A stretch of 64,000 nt of DNA from Macrostomum lignano (Eukaryota). The notes below the pieces were generated by a model. The model saw only the letters and a program-made list of their open reading frames with translations, was not told the origin of the DNA and made no database searches. This document shows, piece after piece, positions 59,600 to 64,000 of the stretch. Position 1 is the stretch's first letter. Each line of letters opens with the position of its first letter. The DNA lies in assembly GCA_002269645.1 (NCBI GenBank), contig NIVC01001457.1, forward strand, positions 222,213 through 286,212, read 5' to 3'. Position numbers and translations under genes: made by a program.

Positions 59600-61503
59600 T
59601 GTGGGATGGCTCTACATTTATCTATGACCCATCCACAGCACCTTCCCCTTACAATGGGAGAAAGGGGCTTAAACAAGCGCAGCAGATTCAGTCAGGTATT
59701 CAGCATTTATAGTTAATATGTGGCTTCTGCGCCAGTCGCTGACTGCGTCTTGGCTCCTCGGGCTGCTCAGGGGCGGGCTGTTGGACGTTGAGTGTTCCTT
59801 TCTCGTCCGAGCTATCTTCCGGTCCGAGCCCCTCGGATGTCGACTGCTCTGCCGTTGCATCAGGTTTCGTTTCACTTGTTGCACTCAATTTCGTTTCTGC
59901 ATACGGTTGAAGCTGGTCAAAATGCACCCTCTTGTACTTTGGCTCCTGTTCATCTATCCTGATCAATGCCATACCTACTTGCCACACCTACTTGCCACAC
60001 CTACTTGCCTCTTCGTAAATGGCACTCGGATTTTTCGTCCGAACATTTGCTCCGCTAATGACACACAATTCTTCCTTGTTGAAGCTCTGTAGAACAACAA
60101 AAACCGATCAATCGTCTGGTGGCTGAACCCATTGGCTCTAACGGCTTCCTTCACTGTCCTTACGAGTCTCTCAGCAGCTCCATTGCTTTGTGGATGGTAT
60201 GGTGCAGTCGTCAAATGCTCACAATCGATGCCATGCAGCCATTCCTCGAGCTTCCTGCTCGTAAAGCTTGGACTGTTGTCAGAAACAATGTGCGCGGAAT
60301 TCCGAACTGTGAAAAAGTTCATCGAAAGCACTAAATCACCGCGTTTTCGAAGTAATGTCCTTGGTGATGTGAATCTCTGGATAGCTTGTGAATGAGTCTA
60401 CCATCACTAGGATGTAACGATTCTCAATTGGTCCAGCGAAATCCACATGGACTCGATCCCAAGGACCATCTGCTTCTGGCCATGAAGTACGAAAGTTTCT
60501 ATTCTGTGGCTTGGCTCAGCGATACGTTTTACACAGACCAATCGCTCTCTCGAGATCTCTATCTATCGCAGGCCACCAGGACTCCGTCCTGGCCAATGCC
60601 TTTGATCTAGCAATTCCTAAATGTGCCTCATGAACTGATTTGATCACTCTATCCGTAGCAGCTTCGGAACGACGATTCTGTTATCCATGAGGACCAGATT
60701 ATCTTGAACTCTTAGTTCATCCCGGACAGGTTTGTACGATCTCAGTTTCGGATCTTGAAAATCTCCTGTCGTTATAGCTTTATTAATATCTGCATCTCCG
60801 ACAAACCTTCCCGAGGAAGCTCCTTATCAGCTACTAGAATGTAGATCAACGGTTTATGATCTGTGATCAAGCTGAACTTCCTGCCACAGAGAAATCGGTG
60901 ACATCTGCGCACGCCCCATACTATGGCAAGGGCCTCGCGCTCTATTTGAGAGTAGTTTTTCTCGGCTTTTGAAAGAGCTTTGCTTATATAGATAACTGGG
61001 CGTCCTTCTTGGCTCAGTACTCCTCCCAAAGCCTTCTGCGATGCGTCAACCTCCAGCTTCACAGGCAACTTCGGATCATAGGCGTACAGCTCTGCGACCT
61101 TTGAAATTGACGACTTTATGTTGTTAAAAGCTTTCATTTGCTGTTGGCCCCAGTGGAACGGTATATCTTTTTGCTTTAGTTGAACCAGCGCGGCTGTCTT
61201 ATCCGACAAATTAGGGATGAAACGAGCACAGAACGTTACTAATCCCAGAAACGACTTTAACTCTGCCAGATTCTTCGGTGGCTCCATCGCCTTTATCGCA
61301 CCGACCTTCTCTTCATTCGGGAAGATTAGACCATTATCCAGAACGTGGCCTACAAACCATACTCTACTGCGGTTCCGTTGGCACTTCTGCTTATTTATTC
61401 GGAGTCCTTCCTCTTCCGGACGCTGTCACACCTGTTGCTCTCCTATACTGCAGCTCCTGAATTAAAATATAGCTCTATATTTGTCTATGACCCATCCACA
61501 GCT
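59600..61503 (-). mobile_element. Gypsy pol remnant (RT C-terminus, RNase H, integrase) with PPT and LTR start
   Basis: PPKNLAELKSFLG, LEVDASQKALGGVL, YSQIEREALAI, TDHKPL, IVSDNSP and TAPYHPQSNGAAERLVRTVK. PPT AAGGGGAAGG (minus strand, 59641-59650) is followed by TGCTGTGGATGGG. Confidence 0.88.
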
Positions 61504-61574
61504 AATACGACAGCATTCTAGGCGGTAAATCTTGAGTAACAACTATGAAGAAAATTCTCCAAATCAGAGGTCAC

Positions 61575-61648
61575 TTCTCCGTTTATTCATACAGACTCGA
61601 GATTTCGCATGAGTCAGAGCGACTGCTCATTAGATTCGTACCGCCTCT
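61575..61648. mobile_element. Degenerate Harbinger terminal remnant
   Basis: TTTATTCATACAGAC and TGCTCATTAGATTCGTACCGCCT resemble the subterminal and TIR sequences of elements A and D. Confidence 0.45.
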
Positions 61649-61799
61649 TGCTTATTTGCTTGCAAAATGTCGTTTAGAACGCGTCATTTTCGGAACTTGA
61701 ATGCAAAGTGAACCAAGCTCTACCATGAACTGTCTGAATTGAACGGAACTATTTCAACTTTGACTGCACATTTGACAGAATAAAATTTAAAAAAGTATA

Positions 61800-63405
61800 G
61801 TCGTTCAGATCGGCAATCCTGGTAATGTTCAATAGAAATTTTTTCCAGGTCTACATGCACCACGCCCCTACCAGGCAGGGCAAACATCCTGCTTAAAGCC
61901 ACGACTCTTGAAATAGGACGAAAAACCTTCGGTCCTTTCACGCAGTTTGAAGCTTGAGCTGGCGATAAAGGAGCACATCAACGTGATAGTCAGAAATGAC
62001 CCCTTTTTGCCGCAGTCGAGTGCGCAACAGCTATAGAACATCATCTGATTGTACATGTACACCCTTCGTCTGCAGCAAAAAGTGCTGTCCATCACCTTTT
62101 GATTTACAGTGCCTCGTAGTAGTATAATTTTCCACATCTCCTGCAGGTATTTACCATTTACGGGACACTCAGCTTTATTTTTGTCTGTTACGCCACATTT
62201 CAAGCAGCTGGTATTTGAAAGGGAATTTTCTTGAATGCCAAACTGTCTGCCTGTCGAATGGGTCTTAAAGGAGTCTTGGTGTTGAACTTCTTTCCTACCT
62301 TCATGATGCTCTCAATTCGTGGGCATGGCTGCATAAGTCTTACCAGTCATTTTTTGCCTTATCGTTCAAACCGCTTAAAAAGTGTCTAGAAGAAACTCTT
62401 CACAATCTGAAAACATGATTTTATCTGATGCTCTTAGTAGCCGCTATGACGCCCTGACTTCGATGTCTTGCGCCTCAGATTTAAGAATGCGAAGCTTTCA
62501 GCCAGCGCGTAGATCTGAGGATTAGAATTTATTGAAATGCCGTCGCACGTCCGTGAGCTTGGAACGTCCTGAGACAGGTAGTCAGCTAAAGACATCGTAA
62601 AGCAATGGTGCCAAGCACATTAACAAAACCTGAGCCACTTAGCTCACTTAGCTCAAAGCTGTGGTAGGTATCCTTGAGGTCCAACAACGTGAAGCGATTG
62701 CATCCAGCCGTTTCACTTTCTCAACAATGTCGCTCTTTTCAAGCTCTTTTCAAGCTAGCCTCTTCTTGGCTTGTACAAGCGAAAACGGGAGCGTCAAACT
62801 GTCGAAACCACGATACGTGTGTTTTCTCTCCCTCCCAGTCTCACTGAAATTCAGTTGTACTCCACAACAGTTTGACAGCGTGTCGAATCTTCAATTCCCA
62901 AGCTGGTAAACAAATTCCGCCCGATCACCGGCTTTGCATCCAGATTCATCACTACCACAGGTGTGAACATTCGCAGTGCCACACACAGATAGATCTTGAC
63001 CTCCGTATGAAGTCAGCCGACATTCTGGCTCTGTTGTCTAGTGCAGTCCCAGCTGTTGAGTCACAGACTTAGATACGCGTTACGGATGCTCCCGAGTCCA
63101 CCATCATTAACACCCTGCTGTTTTGCCCCTGGTCGCGTTGATGTTCTTTACTTCGCCACCTGAAGACAGGGTGCTCTTGCTCACTTTCTTCTGTACAGCA
63201 GCGATTTACGATCTACGATCAGCGATCGTACACCTCTAGCTTTAGCGCAATGGATCCTTAATGAGCAGTTCCTTGATCACCGACTCGCTCCGTAGTCCAG
63301 CCACGAATCGGTCGCTTAGGGCTTTATTCAGAAAGTTCCCGAACTGAAATCTGTAGTCCTGCGCTCGCAGCGATTTCAATATCCGCTGCTGACTCGTTAT
63401 CCTAG
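61800..63405 (-). pseudogene. Heavily decayed Gypsy/Mag gag-protease-RT fragments (probably two pieces)
   Basis: DRFVAGLRSE (gag); zinc-knuckle-like CLKCG..KAECP..RRCGK..TRHC; ALDCG (protease-like); FTLLDLKDTYH (RT). Many stops and frameshifts. Confidence 0.6.
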
Positions 63406-64000
63406 GAAAATGAATTCAAAACCGAACATTAGCATATTTCTTCTTTCTCTTCTTTTTTTTACCAAATTCCAGTTGTATTGATGTTTTCGCGACATGTTTT
63501 GCCGAACCGTCTGCATCCTCAGGCGATAATACAGAATATAAGCTACATGACACATAAATCAGGTGTAGGCAGCAAAATTTGATGGCAAGTTTAAGAGGCA
63601 AGCAAGCTCGTAGGTCAGAACACCCTTAAATGGTGTTCTTTGACTCTGCTTTGACGTTAAATCGTCGTTAACGAACATTCCCATTAAGTTGCTATTAACC
63701 TAGTCTATCAGATAGATACGTCTATTGTGAGGGCCCGCAGACAGCGACTCCACTGTTATGTTTTCTTTCGCTCAACGCGTTAGTCTCTCTGAAAAAAAGA
63801 GAATAGTATATTTGCTTTGGCTCGCAAGCCATCTTCAGCATTTAAAGTTCAGGTCTCAACCTAAAAATATAAAAATGCAATGGTTGCAGTCCTTTCGCGT
63901 CACAACAGATATTGAAGACGTTCCCTCAGTTGCCAGCGTCACCCAACTCTTTTGCCACGTTGTGCAGCACACAGCAGACAAATTATTTAGGTGGGAACTC

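Overview
Eukaryotic (animal) genomic DNA with GT-AG introns. The GC-rich poly-Ala/Gln exons and the many different intronic minisatellites suggest a flatworm such as Macrostomum; this is an inference only. The left 35 kb holds five host genes: a two-exon C2H2 zinc-finger gene (-), rps23 (+), a low-complexity Q/N/H/P-rich gene with a 23-nt microexon (+), an 8-exon GH31 alpha-glucosidase with a trefoil domain (+), and an intronless type II membrane FkbM-family methyltransferase with one frameshift (-). Between and inside them lie many tandem arrays, a tRNA-derived SINE with a 12-bp TSD, a retroposon with a 14-bp TSD and a deleted THAP/P-element derivative. The right 29 kb is a dense transposon nest: three PIF/Harbinger elements with transposase plus Myb genes (one inserted into the transposase of a fourth), two further Harbinger end remnants, two Crypton-like tyrosine-recombinase elements, a deleted Tc1-like element, a DD34D mariner with long inverted repeats and several Gypsy (Mag-like) fragments. 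It also holds an orphan 122-aa secreted cysteine-rich prepropeptide-like gene. The best leads are: (i) an octamer CCATAGAC/GTCTATGG that sits 74-139 bp upstream of the start codon of nine transposon ORFs from unrelated superfamilies; (ii) the Golgi-type FkbM protein as a candidate invertebrate glycan O-methyltransferase; (iii) the orphan secreted peptide; and (iv) Harbinger-in-Harbinger nesting. All coordinates and counts were read by eye and need computational confirmation.
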